From Blasia pusilla (taxonomy: Eukaryota): a DNA stretch of 64,000 bases. Below the pieces are notes generated by a model. The model was not told the DNA's origin, did not search any database, and worked only from the letters and a program-made list of their open reading frames with translations. Of this stretch, positions 25,148 to 39,147 are shown one piece after another (the first letter of the stretch is position 1; each line of letters starts with the position of its first letter). Position numbers and translations under genes: made by a program. Location of the stretch: the NCBI GenBank assembly GCA_050084515.1, contig CM114271.1, positions 8,804,001-8,868,000 of the forward strand. Direction: 5' to 3'.

Positions 25148-28100
25148 TAGTCTATGATCTCTTCAACCTCGTCATCTACAAAAATGTTCCTAACTCTTTC
25201 CGGTTCCTCTATAAGTGACTTCTCTGGGCTAGTCAGTGGCTCCTCTACACAATCGTAGATTGGAATTGAGAAGGAAAGAGGATCTGAGAGCCTTGTCCCC
25301 TTAGGAACCCCGTATTGGTCCCATGTGACCCGAGAAAAGTCCCAACGCCTGCCCGGACTGGTGATTTTGAAGGTTCTGCAAAGGGAAACCCATCGATATC
25401 AATATTTGCTCCTCCGCTTCAACTATCACATGTCAACTCCAAAGGGCTTGAAATCCAAGGCACCTACACTCACTCGTCATCATCCAAAAATTCCTCCAAA
25501 ATCACCTGTGGCCTTGCCCTTCTCATTTTTGGGATCACTAGTAGTGATGATGGCATCACAACCAATGGCTTTAATGTAGGTTCATTAATCCATGGAGGCA
25601 ACTTGTAAACGCCCATCAACCTTTCGTTGTCAGCCTTTGCCTCCCGGAAAAGTGAAAACAAGTTGTTCCGGGACTCAAGACAGAGAATTTTTTCGCCACT
25701 CTACCAAGCAACTCTAACACTAGCCCCGTAAAGACCCACCAAATCGAGCACCAAATCACCAAGCCTCGAACATAGCTCCATCAGGGTCTGCATGAGGGTG
25801 GGTGTTTTTCCCTCCCTCCAAGCACTGGCACTCCTTCCTCAAGGACAATTCCCGAGGATGAATTGTAGAGGATGTTGAGTGTGAATCCATCGGAGCCAGG
25901 ATCAACAAGATCTTGTATCTCAAAAACTTGGAACCTATGCTCGAGTCTGACAAAAAAATAGACGTAGGAGTATTCGATCTACGCAGAACATAACCGCAAA
26001 AATCAGGTAAGAATCGAGGAACAAGTCTTCCAGGAGCAACTCGACAGATTCTGACGGGTTGCAAATGTCAGATGTCACAAATGGAAAGTGCGGTTGCGAA
26101 ATTGGGGCCCATGCAACCCATCAAAATCCGACGGGTTACTCTCTAGCTCAGAATATGAGTGGATGTGCAACCCGTTGGGTTCCAACGGGTTGCACAAGTC
26201 GTGTCAGGGTCTATATGCAACCCCGCGGAATCCGACGAGTTGCTCTCCATCTCTCTGAATAGGAATGGATGTGCAACCCGTCGGAATTGGACGGGTTGCT
26301 TGACATCCCAGAACCCAATGGGAGGTTCTTGCAAGTTGTCGGACTCTAACAGGTTGCACAACCACTCCCGTTCTCAGGTGTGTCAAGCAACCCGTCGGAT
26401 CCGGACGGGTTGCACATAGATCCTAACATGGACTGTGCAACCCTTCAAAGTCCGATGGGTTGTAGAATTTTTTTTTTTAAAGCAGAAATATTAGATGACA
26501 TGTTTTTCAAACTTATCCGGAGTTGATTTGTAGGCGACCTCAGGGGGTAGTCATTCTTCACTACCCAAGACTGCACTCTTTGCCACTTCAACAATCGCTT
26601 GACGTACTGCAAGTTGAAGAGCTCATCTTCACTAGCATCAATCAAAACCAGGAAACATCCCTTGTCATTCAGATATGCGTTGGCAAAGGAGAACATCAAC
26701 GCGATCTGGTTATATGTGAAGGGAATGTTCCAATCCAAGACTGTGTTGCGTGGGTTATTGTCCCACAATCTAAATCCCGGCGGTAGATTTGCAATTAGGA
26801 GGTCAAGTGCAACTTCCTCAGATACCCCATTGACGGTCCATGGGGCATTGACGGTCCATGGGGCATGGCGGTTTGGGGGAAGCTTTCGTCCTAAGACAGT
26901 CAGCTTCTCCAAGGCAGGGGCGGACTCTTGTGTAGAGAACTTGACCAGTTCTTCCAGCATTGATGTCTGATGTAGCGGGATGGTGATTTTGGAGGCTTAG
27001 TCCCTGTGCTTCCCCAAGGATGTAGAAGTATAGATTACATTCTTGCCCCCCCCCCCTTTCGGAGGAACCGGGTGTCTCCCTCTTTCGCTTCTTGCAAGGA
27101 TTCTATTTCGGGGCCTCCCGTTGCTACTTGTTGCGCCTTGATGATCCTCCCTCAGATGGTCTCGGGCCCTTCACCTTGGATTTCAACCCCGTAGTGGACT
27201 TGTCTTTTGCTGTAACAGTTTTAGACAAAATCTCTGCTACCTCAATCGCTTGTACCTGGGCATCTCCTTCAAAGTACTCCTCGGTCTTGAAAATTTTTGG
27301 GATGTCCTCCTCGCCAGCAGCTAGCGCATTATACAAGTCTCGCATTGGTGGATCAGTAAGTTCTTTGGGGTCATTGAAGTCCAACCAGATCGGACAATTC
27401 ATGACTTCCCAAGGGCCCATGTCGAGTGCCATCTTCACCTCGTACATGGAGAATCCTTTGCCATCCGGAGTATCAGCCCATATCTTGAACGCAGCTAGGA
27501 ACTTCCTCCATGTTCTTGCATTAACACAAAAAGTCAAGAACGTGAACACCATCCTCTATGCAGCTTGATGGCGGGATGAATCAACAGCCTGTTCGAGAAG
27601 CTCCTTCTTCTTTTTGGCGAAGTTCCATTTCTTCGAGTCGCCAATCTCCTTGTCGACATCCCCCTATGGCAGATCTGGTTCTTGAATATCTTCTAGAACC
27701 AGGGGTTCTTTTCCGGCTTATCCCGGATGTCATTCAACCACAATTTGTATTTCTCCCCCGATTTGAGGCTAGTCGCTTTCAGAATTAGTTGAAGGCACTC
27801 AATCATGGACTTTCCTAACAAGCGCAAGGCATCCCAGAAGGACCATTCTCGTAGCCACTGGGATATAACTGGGTCAAAAATCCCCAGGGGATGGTGTGCC
27901 AATTTTTTCTCTGCCTCGATTCCCTCCAGACTCGTCTTCATGAGTCAGATCGGCCTGAATTTTGAAATCCCCGAGAGGGCAAACCATACGAACTCGATCC
28001 AAAGACACCTTCTCTACAATGCATCCATGGGGATCCTCGTCCCTCTTTCGCTACCGCTTGATTATGGCCTTCAACTCTTTGTAAAAGTCAGACCCAAGCT

Positions 28101-29576
28101 CGGGGTTCAGCACGGCGATGTACAACTGCATCTTGTTGGCAAGGTACTTGTTCGTTGCCAACACTGCAACCTGTTTGAACTTCACTCTCTTAGAAGCTGA
28201 AACATTCCCTCTCCGCTCTAGCTCCATTTTCGTGCTTCTTTTCACTGCCTGGATTTTTTACGAGCATAGAATTATTACATCTGCATCTTGGGAAATGAAC
28301 TTGTTGGCCCCAGTCTTCTTCGTGATTTGTGCTCCTTTTGCGAGCATCTCATCCACCAACTCCTCTCGAAGGAATCCTTTGTATTGCAACGGGTGCGTTG
28401 TCATCAACTTCCTCACTTGGTCGCATTCCTAGATCCAGTGATGGGTCACATTCCCTTATGACATGATGCTGCAAGGAACAATGAGAAGTAAGAATGTTTA
28501 CAACCTGCAACCCGTCGGTTTCCGACGGGTTGGAAATAGACAGCAACAAAAAAATAACACAAGAGTTGCTTGCAACCCATTGGAGTCCGACGGGTTGCTC
28601 CACCAGCTTCCTCAGTGCAATTCTTCGGAAACCGACGAGTTGCATCTGGGTTGCGTCCAATCGAAGGAGATGTTTTGCAACCTGTCAGAGTCTGACGGGT
28701 TGCACCACCAATTGATTACGATCCTAAATGCAATCCATCAGAAACCGATAGGTTGCATCCGGGTTGCGTTAAGCTATTTCCCAATTATAATATTACATAT
28801 TTTGCTACTCGTCAGAGTCCAACGGGTTGAAAAAGAAGCACCCTATAGCAACTTGTGGTGCAAAATCGTAAGAACTTATCTCGAGAAATTTAATCCGCAT
28901 CCCGTTGGAGTCTGACAGGTTGCACATACTCTAGTGGAGACGTCCCAATATGACTGGCCCTGCAACCCGTCGGACTCCGCCGAGTTTCCAGGCAACTCAA
29001 ACCAGGTCGTCTTTGCCTCTAGGAAATAAAGCGACAATCCATCGAAGTCTGATGGATTGCATATTAGGAAGGGAAGTCTTTCTCTTGCAACCCGTCCGAT
29101 TTTGACAGGTTTCCAATCTCATTAACATGTTGTTATTTTAATACAAAAGAACCAACCCGTCGGAGTCCGACGGGTTGAAGACTTAACCTATTTGCAAATA
29201 AAGTTTCAGGATACTTACGTGTTCATTGAGTTTGACAGGTTGCACATACTCCAGTGGAGACGTCCCAGTATGACTGGCCCTGCAACCCGTCGGACTCCAA
29301 CGGGTTGCCAGGCAACTCAAACCACGTCGTCTTTGCATCTAGGAAATGAACCCACAATCCGTCGAAGTCCGATGGATTCCATATTAGGCAAGGAAGTCTT
29401 TCTCTTGCAAGCTGTCGGATTCTGACACGTATCTGATCTCGTTAACGAGTTGTTATTTTAATACAAAAGAACCAACCCGTCAGATTCCGACAAGTTGAAG
29501 ACGTAACCTATTCGCAAATAAAGTTTGAGGATACTTACGTGTTCATTGAGTGAATGGCCATCTCCACTGTGGCCAT
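25148..29576 (-). pseudogene. Multi-exon accessory gene with a beta-class N4C/N6A DNA methyltransferase-like domain (N6_N4_Mtase fold)
   Basis: Putative exons ~29576-29539, 28468-26520, 25978-25474 and ~25400-25148. Motifs in beta order: LDLLIANLPPG (IV), ANAYLNDKGCFLVL, QSWVVKN, IEYSYVYFFVR, REK..LMQTLMELCSRLGDLVLDLVGLYGASVRVAW*SGEKILCLE (X-I-II). Contains stops and frameshifts. Confidence 0.65.
28913..29551. repeat. Tandem duplication, ~320-bp unit x2
   Basis: TGACAGGTTGCACATACTC starts at 28913 and 29233. Both units end ...GATACTTACGTGTTCATTGAGT. Confidence 0.85.
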
Positions 29577-29650
29577 GTGATTTGGGTAGGGATGGAGGAC
29601 CACCGCCCTCACGCAGAAATGAGCCTCTAGGGAGTTTGGGCGCTCCGCTG

Positions 29651-32600
29651 CACTAGAACAAATCTTGGTTTTTATGATTGGCTCATACGACTTATGTTAG
29701 TCATACATGTCCATAAATGACTGACAATGATTGATGACTCGTAGAGTCATAAAAGCCTAGTCATGTACCATGTCATGACTAGAGTCATTTTGGGATAACT
29801 CTAGTCATTATTTCAACTAGTCATTATTAACAATGAATGACAAATCATCAAGCCACGTATGACAAAATGTAGTCATATATTCCGATTGCCATGTCAGCAT
29901 GTGACATGGCAATTAATTGAAGAAAACAAATAATATGTTGACACGTGGCAATGAGAAATTATAACTTAGTCATATTAATCACTTGGATTGGTCAAAATGA
30001 CTTAGTTATGATCTATGACTGAGTCATATCAATCACTCATATCTTCAAAATGACTAAGTCATATCGATCACTCAGATGGTCTACATGACTTAGTCATATT
30101 AATCAGTTGGATGGTTTTAAATGATTGAGTCATGATACTTGACTGAGTCATATAGATTACCAAAATTTGTTTGAATGATTGAGTTGTGATACATGAGTCA
30201 TATAGGTCACCTAAAAGTTAGTCATGGTGATCATTTGAGTCATATTGATCCTACTGATTTGTATGAATGATTGTGTTCTTGAGTTATAAAATGTGAATGA
30301 ATCATATAGAGGACTCCATTTTTTCTGAAATGACTAATGATGATTATGTCATAAAATATGACTGAGTCATATTGATCAGTTTGATTTGAAAAAATGACGT
30401 AAGCTGGACATATATGACTCTGGTAAATGACTCAGTTTCTTTGATATAACTTAGTATTATATATGACAATTTTGCATTACTTGATATTCATTATCATCAA
30501 ATTAGGGGAAGATACTTGAAGTATGGCATTCAAGTAGGATATGATAACCCCTATAGAAAACCCTTCCTTGTCTCAAACTTACAACATTGAATGAAGAAAG
30601 AAAAAAAGGAAAATCCAGCGGAGAATATCTTCTATTTAGTAGCTAGTTTTACTCCTATTAACAAGCTTCAAATTGAAAGAGAGTGAGCAGGGACATGATA
30701 TAATCTCAAACACTGGGAAGAAGTAAGAAACATTGTTAGATATGAACACAAGGGCATGCATATATTCAAAGAAATGATTTACAAAATGGCCCATTGTATA
30801 TCGCAAATATAACTTCATGTAGACTTATTCACAATGTTGGTACGTTGTCAAAATTTCATGTGAAAAAAAACATCTACAAGTATTACTTACTGAACTGCAT
30901 CTACAACTAGAAGGTGTCTCTAATGTACAACTTTCTTCAAGTTCATTTCAAGCTAGAGAATTGAATCCCCAACCAAGAGCATCACCCAAGGTCTATTGAG
31001 GTGGCAAGTCATGCTCATTTGGCTGCCACAACTTATGATCCAAAAAAAGCAAGATGGACAGTCTTGAGTTCCACTCACACTATTCCCGGAGGAATATCAC
31101 TTCCATGAAACTTGTCCCGTCCACTCAAACTCCTCACCACACCATTTCCCAATATTGTCCTACAAATCTTTGGTTTTGTGATGTGAACTTCATCTCCCAC
31201 TTGAAGATGCAAACACTTGATGAAACAAGAAGTCACAAATCTCTATAAGTTAGAAAAATGACTTACAACACAGAATGCAATAACCACATGCTTTTACCTT
31301 GGTGAAGGTCCAACCTTGGAGAGGTATAAATCTTGAAAACTTCATTGATCCCACCTTATATAAATAATCCTCCATCATTTATAATACCCAAGTATAAATG
31401 TTTAAGATATCTACAAATATTATCATGAATCTAATGCACCCTCAAAGTTTAATAGAAAAGTAATTTTACCTTCCCCGTGAGTTTCTTATTGCTCCCAGAT
31501 TTCACATCGTTGTCCTGTTCGCTGCTCGCAGCCTATATTGTGTCGCCATGTACTCTTCCTAAACCCCTTTTTTTTCGGTGATGAGTGCTCCACAAGGATG
31601 GAATCTGCACATTTTGAGAGTGAGTCTTGAACTAATGGTGTCAAAGACCATGATTGCAATGTTTAGTCTACATAAAAATCATAACAACCAGGATGTAATT
31701 AAAAAAGGAAAGACACAAACCAGTTGGCGTTGAACCTCCAATTTTTTCTGATGGGGAAGATACCTTCACTTTTGAAGTTTTCCTCACTATCACACAAGCA
31801 AGAACATACATTTAGTACAACCATATTCAGATATATATATATACTTCTGTATAATCAGCAAAGAGCTTATCATCAACCTTCAACACTTACGACTCTGCAT
31901 CGGTCGATCATGCCCATCCGACTCTCTCAACATCTCTTTGTGAGAACCACCACCAATTTCTGCAACTTTCATCTTCTCTACCTCAACACCAACACGGCGT
32001 GCTATATACACAATAGGGAAATCTGATAAGCTATTCAAGAATACCTTGAATGATCCAAAATGAAACCATGCAAGTGATCCCTCAACTCTCAAGTTTATTC
32101 AAATCTCAAGGTTAGTTAATTGTTTTGGACAAATCATAAAGGTATGCTCAAACTTATTGATCACAGCATCGAGACATCGGATGAAATACATGAAACCGGT
32201 TAAATAACTTACTAAACTACCCTCACAGACAGTAGCCCCCATGCCACTCTGAGTGACACCTGCATTTTTTGGTGCAACGGATACACCTCGGCCCTAACAT
32301 CAACTCCACAAAACAATTGAAAGTTAGTAATCATGCCATAAAGACCAATACTACAAACTTCTTAGGCAGAAAGAAGAAAGGGATTTAGAAGACATGAGGT
32401 TGCTAAAGAGAACTTACAGAGAACCTGTCTAAACCTCCCGGGTCGTTGTGATTTAAAGTGACAACCTTGGATCTTGCGTTCACCATCTTTTGAGCCTTCA
32501 ACATACCCTCTTCTGAAAGCCAATAATCTACCAAACGTGCCCACACTTCTTCCTTCGCATCAGAGTGGCACAGGACTTTTGCATTTTTCCCATTGGCCAC

Positions 32601-35341
32601 CCAGTATGCTGTCATGCTGGACCGTTAAATTTTCAATAGTTGCGCATATTTCTTCTTCAAGAAGTCCAGGCACAAAGATGGCGCACCAACATAGGTGTAG
32701 GCACTCTCAACATGATTACGAACTGTTGCCACACTAATAGCGTCTTGCCTACTCATCTCGACACATGATAAGTCGAGATGACGCATGGTCCATACCTCTA
32801 GGTCATTCAACCAGGGTTCATAACCGGGCACTTTTGTCTTTGGAACCCCCGTGGGCAACAATTCGCATCTGGGAAATAAGTTTTGCTCCTTGCGTTGGGC
32901 CACATCGGGGGTCCACAAGTCTCTCTTGGTTCTACTTCTCCTCGCACTTGCCCTATCACCTTCACATATATTAGAAGAAAACCCAACATTTACACTTGAG
33001 ATGTTCCAACATATACATGCATTTGACCAAAATCTTTGATGATGGATTTTTGAATATTCAAAGTGGGCAGTCATGCCAACCCTTTGAGATCACTACATGT
33101 GGACCTACCCCCACTATGATTTGTGGGATTTGAAGGATTAGGGGCCATGAAAGACTGACTGTCACTTTGCTGTGAATGTACACTCGTCCCAACAAATCCT
33201 GATGGCCCATCAAAAAATGTGGAGTCAGAACTTTCTCCAGCAGTTGGATATGAGGGGGAAGGAGGGCATGGAACTCCATCATGTTACAACATGGGAACAA
33301 GCAACAAGTGTCATGGATTGCCAAGTGAATCAGCAAGGCCATAAAATTCACCAAACAACTCTCAACAAGTACTTTGCATAACATAGTGTCTATTATCCTC
33401 ACATTCTTTACAAGAACTCATATCATCTACTTAAACATTTCATATGATTGGGGATTAATGAGAGCATACACTTGGCCATGCCCATGGTGGGCCAGGTTGC
33501 TTGGTAGGCCAATATTGTTGATCTCCCATCGATTGGGAAGGCTGAGAATTAGGAGCCCATTGGTGCTCTCCCATTGGGGGTTGTGACCAATTCATACCAC
33601 CAACCCATTGTTGTTGAACACTCAAGCTCATTGGAGGAGTTAGTTGACCCCATTGCGGTGGAGGTGGGGCTGAGGAAGGAGGTTGTGGCATACCGTACGA
33701 TCCAACTTATAAATGATTCATCATCGATGGCTGACAATCACACAGATACCATCCAACTCCCATCTCGCTATTCCAATGACTCCCACTTTCTGACCATGTG
33801 GGATTAGGGCACAAAGGATACTGCCAACCCATTTGCGGCCTCACACTTGAACACGGCTCTAGGGGTTTAGAATTTGCTTGAGAATCAAAGGATTCTCGTC
33901 CTCCATAACCTGAAGCCTGTCAAAACATAATAAGTGTGAGTGCTTTGTACAACTCATTGACATTCTACTCATCACCATGTGTAGAGGGATCCTATATTCA
34001 ATCATGAAAAAGGAAGTGGAAAATTTAAAATAGTTACCCTCTCAACCTGTTTGGGATGGGTTGTCGGTCCAAAGTCTTGTTTCTTAATAGAACGATAAAG
34101 CATGCCCTCATCATCATCAGATTGGAAATCCATATGTTCAGGTGGCATATAATCAGGATCTCTCACACTATTATCCTTTGTGCTTTCAATCATATTAGGT
34201 AAGCTCTCCTTTGATCTCAACCTTGAACTTCGTCCCACTTCAACACCCTCTGCCACTACAACTCTAGAAGGCAAGGCTTTCCTGGTTGCCTTTGCTGGTT
34301 TGAGCCTAGCTTTTCAAACAATCATTTCACCATTATAATCTATAAGTAATCAAATCTTTCTACTGTTTTCTATATACACGTGAAGTACACGGAAGAAAAA
34401 ATCATCATGATAGAAATGAAATTTAGAGAATGTACACACTAGCTGCAAATGAGAGAACTCCTTAGTCTGCAAGAATATCACCAAGTAAGAATGCTTCTCT
34501 TTTTTTGTTTTCCCTTATCTTCCGTGCACGTTCTTGGTCAATTGGGAAATCATCATCAAGGTCCTTATCCACGAGGACGAGGCTCTCAACTCTAGGAGAA
34601 GATGGAGTGTCTTCAAACTCATCGTCGCTGGTCACACCAAGTAAACTGATTTTTTTTTCTACCTCTCAAGAAAGAATTTCTACCGAAAAAAATTGAAATT
34701 TCACTCACACCTTGGAACGGTTGCTATGGCAGCCCAACGAAAATGATCATAACTCCGTGCTCCAATCTCCAAATCGTGCACCGTTTCTTCAACAGCATAC
34801 ACCATGGTTTATCCATTTGATTTTCCACCAAAAACTAATAGAGACTGTCGTGCAGCCCAACGTCTCTTTCTCCTACGCAAAATTCGACAACGCTTCCGCG
34901 CTGATTTCTCCCAACGAAAATGTAAAACCTGTGAAAATAAAAATCAGTATGCTACATGGTGCTCCCGAGAGCACCGGCATGGGGAAACTCACCCCCATAC
35001 TCAATCCCTATAAAAAAATTGGACAACGCTTCCCAATTTACCCAAAATAATAAGTTTTTGTATATGTCTCCAAATGAGCCGAAAGGAAAGGAAAGCATGC
35101 TCTCTCAGGTTTCCTGAGACTTTAGCTGGTCATCCTCAACCACATAAGCATGTCCTCCTCTACTCGCGAAAACCCTCTACCAAATCTCTCCGATCGATCC
35201 TAAAAAGTCGTGACACTCCTAACGACATTTGTTTTTATTATGCCCTACTATCTATTTTCACTAGACTATAACTTGGGCAAACAAGTTGTTCAACAACCAA
35301 TAGAGTACTAAAAAATTCATGCATTGATTTAGACTCTAGTG
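29651..35341 (-). mobile_element. CACTA/En-Spm transposon fragment
   Basis: CACTAGAACAAATC terminus at 29651 followed by subterminal TGACT(G/T)AGTCATA repeats (29700-30460). Ptta/En-Spm-like peptide WVANGKN..EEVWARLVDYWLSEEGMLKAQKMVNARSKV (32403-32615). The right boundary is uncertain (imperfect ...TCTAGTG at 35341, TSD does not match). Confidence 0.65.
32403..33020 (-). pseudogene. En/Spm TnpA/Ptta-type (Transposase_24-like) coding fragment
   Basis: W..LV.YW.S....KA..M..ARS motif. Upstream YEPWLNDLEVWTMRHLDLS frame with a stop. Confidence 0.6.
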
Positions 35342-36324
35342 GTTTGCACAATCACTATCCCTCCCTTTTCCACCTCGTATGTAGTAGAGACATGCCTATA
35401 GATCAATGGAGTGGAGACATGCCTATAGATCAGATGGACCCTCCAAGAAATGAAACTTCATCTGTTTGGGTTCTACTTTCCCAACTATGTCAGCTTTGGC
35501 TACCTTTAGATCAAGCATGCACTCCGATACCAACTTTTTCCCGATAAACAAGGGAAAATTTTGAGGAACTAAAAATAAATTGCCAAGAACAATGCTTGAA
35601 AGCCAATTTTTTTACCACTTTGGGCCTTAAGGGTTTAATACTCGATGAAGACCTTTTCTGCATTCCAATGAGAAGGGTGTGAGCTTTAAGAGCTGATTTT
35701 ACACATTAAATCCATCAGGTGTATTTGACCCTAAAACGAACCCCTTCATACATGTCCAACCAAAGCTAATCAAGCCAATGAGAACAGGAAATCGAAGTAA
35801 TGAGATTGATGTTGCTACATGTTCCATTCGGGAACATCCACTAACCAGGGAACTAAATGTGGGTAGGCAACGGCAGGGAAGATCAGAGCATGTAAACTGT
35901 CCACGAGATGGAGGAAATACTCCTTTTAACTACATCCAAACTGTCTTCCTATTTCCAAGTGAACCCCACGAAAGGAAAAACCTCCTTTGAAGCTATCAAC
36001 CAGTGCATGCGAGAATTTCCAGTGAGGAACATGGCACAATGTCTTCATGTGCACAATCAAGCCAACATATGAAGTTGATTTAAGAACATTCTACTTGAAT
36101 GCAGAATGAGCGTACATTATCTTGATCCACCACAATGTAGACACATAATTTGGAAGTTGTTTCTTTCCAACTCAGACATAAAAAAAACAAGAGATTATAA
36201 CCACAACACATTATCAAACTCGGCGAGTTTAACTACAGATTTTTCACTCAAAAGAACTTCGGTACATAGCTATGAATACTCAGTAACAATACATGTCCGT
36301 GAAGTGACCAACAATGTCATTCAA

Positions 36325-36550
36325 GTGCAATTACCAAGATTAACTACAGTATACATTGACAGGATTCCAAAGCCTATGTACACAAGGAGTATTCAAGATG
36401 CTAGTGAACAAAAGTAACATTTTGATGATGCATCGTAGTGCAATTACCAAGATTAACTACAATATACATTAACAGGATTCCAAAGCCTATGTACACAAGG
36501 AGTATTCAAGATGCTCATAAACAAAAGTAACACTTTGATGATGCATCGAA
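36325..36550. repeat. Tandem duplication, 113-bp unit x2
   Basis: GTGCAATTACCAAGATTAACTACA starts at 36325 and 36438. Confidence 0.85.
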
Positions 36551-39147
36551 GTGCATCAATGCTGGTTTGTTGGGTGCAGAAAACCGTGCCAGGGAGCTTG
36601 CCAAGTGAACGTTTCATGGTTTCTTTGGATGAATTGTGGATTTTTTACACAATGATCTAGATTGAACCTGTTGTGGAGTTCTTGGGGATTCACATTGACA
36701 AGTTGAAGTTATCAAGGAAAGAATCTTTGGTATGGTCATTTCCAATAATCTGACTTTCTGAAAATCTTCAGTGATCGGCACTTAAGGAGGAGATTCGCAG
36801 CAGGAACATCCCCCACCACTGTCACTGTCACCTTTTCATTCATGTGGTCACATTCAACATCTACCACACCTGACAAATAATTATTCACAAAATGTCAGAA
36901 AAAAATTATTCTGAATGGTCTCTGTATTTTGAATGGTCTTTTGAAACACAGAACATCTAGTAATTGACATAGCCACAATAAAGGCTTCATTTTGATGTTT
37001 TCCGACACTTAATCTAAATTTGTTCATGTTGATGTAGAAACAACCCAGCAGGTGCATTCCACACTGTTTGGTGATCCACATCATGTCTTGAACTGACCTC
37101 TCTTCCAGACCCCGCTTCTGATCCTCTCAATTTTAAAACTCTCTGCTTAATGACCCCAATGCCGAGTAAAGTACAGCAAGATGTAATTTAATTTAAAAAT
37201 TCTCAAGCAAAAACGTCATGTCATAAACAAGATGTAATTTTACTTAAAAACTCTCAAGCAGAAAAACATGTCATAAATAATCGTAGAATATCAGTCGCAG
37301 AGAAGATAGGCCAAATCACAAGAAATTGTATCTCTTGATGAGATCCCATTACTAACATCAGTGGAGGAGCATAGTCCCAATGGACGGTAAGACAACAACG
37401 ACAATGTAAGTCAATAAAACACTTAAGTAGGATTACCACGAAGGAAAATTAAGCTTTTTGATAACTGCCATTCTACATTGTCTCTTCTTATCCACTAATA
37501 GGCATAAAGGGGTGACAAATGCGAGGGAAGATACATGTTCCGGAGATCATCACTTGCATAACTGAGCAAACAGAATTATTAGGAAGAAAGCCAACTATAA
37601 AGTCTTTAGAAAAGCACACTTGGAAATAAAGGCCCAGGCAAACCAAGATCTCCTGAAAAAGAAATTACAAACACTACAAATATGCACTCTTTGGAGTGGA
37701 TTCCACATCTGATGCCTGCGAGAGGACACAAGTTCCGGTGGACTTCAGCTACACGAAGGCCACCAGCCAACAAGAATGTGATCATCATCCGGGATAGCCA
37801 CTTAGCAATAGACACTGCTCTGAATTTATGTTCACATCTCAGAAATGGGCATAGTATTTTGCGCCTAAGCAACTTCTTGAAGTTAAACCAAACAGCCTAA
37901 TAGATTCATGTGATGGTCTTGCCAAAAGTCACAAGCTGATTCAGCAATTAGACCTAGAGTGTGGCAAAGCTTCTCAGTATCTTTCAGAGAACAGTACTTT
38001 CCTCGTGACTTGCCACTCATCTTCTCTATGAAGCCGTTTTCATCATGTAAAAGGAACTTCCTGGGATTCGACGCGTACAGACAAAGGAGTAGTGTAAGGG
38101 ACTGGAAATTCTGATTTTTTAATACGAGCTCTCCGTTCTAGAGCTATTTGTAATCGTGCACCTGATTGATGAAATGTTCATCAGTCATCAGTCCACCCAT
38201 AAAGATAAGTGCAAACGGGACCAGAGCATACTACACTGAAGTTAGATCTCACCTCGATGCTACCATTTCTTCATGGTCTCACCAGTCGGTATGCAGATCC
38301 TCTGCACGTGACAACCTTTGCAGAAGATTGTGGCACAAACTTCGAATTCGTCTGTGTCTCTCATTTTGGGATTCAACAAGTCGACAGTGAAATTACTTAA
38401 ATGATTCTATAGCGCTTGTGGATGAGCAGAGACTCGGGATTCATTTCTGACTTCACATCAGCAATTCACCGGTGGATTTCAGAACGAGGGAAGCCACAAC
38501 TTCACGTATCTCTTACCGAGGAAGCGAGTCCTTACGCATTCATCAGGCAGGACGGGAGACCAGTAAATCAGAAAGAGTTGAAAGTTTGCCTTCCGGCCTT
38601 GGAAGTCGGATCGCAACAGAGCTTGCTGGAGTTGGAAAGTTCAACAGGACGTCATTCACAAGGTCTTAGGCAGTTTTCCAGAAAGATTAGCAAGGAAGGA
38701 CCGAGTATCATACCAGGAACCGTCATGAGGGCCTCCGACGCGAACAATTCGCAGTCCGCGCAACATATCGGTACCTTCAGAGCAACTTGCTTATACGCGA
38801 GACGGGACCGCGATTCTCCCTTTATCTTTAGTCCATCTTTGGTCCTCTGAGATGAAAAGCATACAACATCAGCTCTCTATCTTAACTTGTGATGGTCATG
38901 TATGAACATGGGCCTTGACATCTCATATTTAAGCTTTCAAGATCCTCGCAGGCAGTGCCATTAAGTGTAAGGCACTGCAAAAACGCGACCTTCTTCTCCT
39001 TTTCGTCAGAATCTTCCTTCCAAGGATGAGTTAAGACAGCTGTGACTATCATCTGCATGCGACTTCCAAATGGATGCTCTCGAGTAAGCTCAAGGCAGAC
39101 GATTTACTGATCGTTTCATTACTCCTGAAACTTCATTTGTGTTTTCT

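Larger units (their letters stand above)
24450..29640 (-). mobile_element. Second fragment of the palindrome-bearing MULE family (accessory-gene arm, no transposase in view)
   Basis: The same 27-bp palindromes at 24490-24800, 26035-26465 and 28505-29490, and a gene homologous to 2232-3070. Truncated on the right at the CACTA end. Confidence 0.7.
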
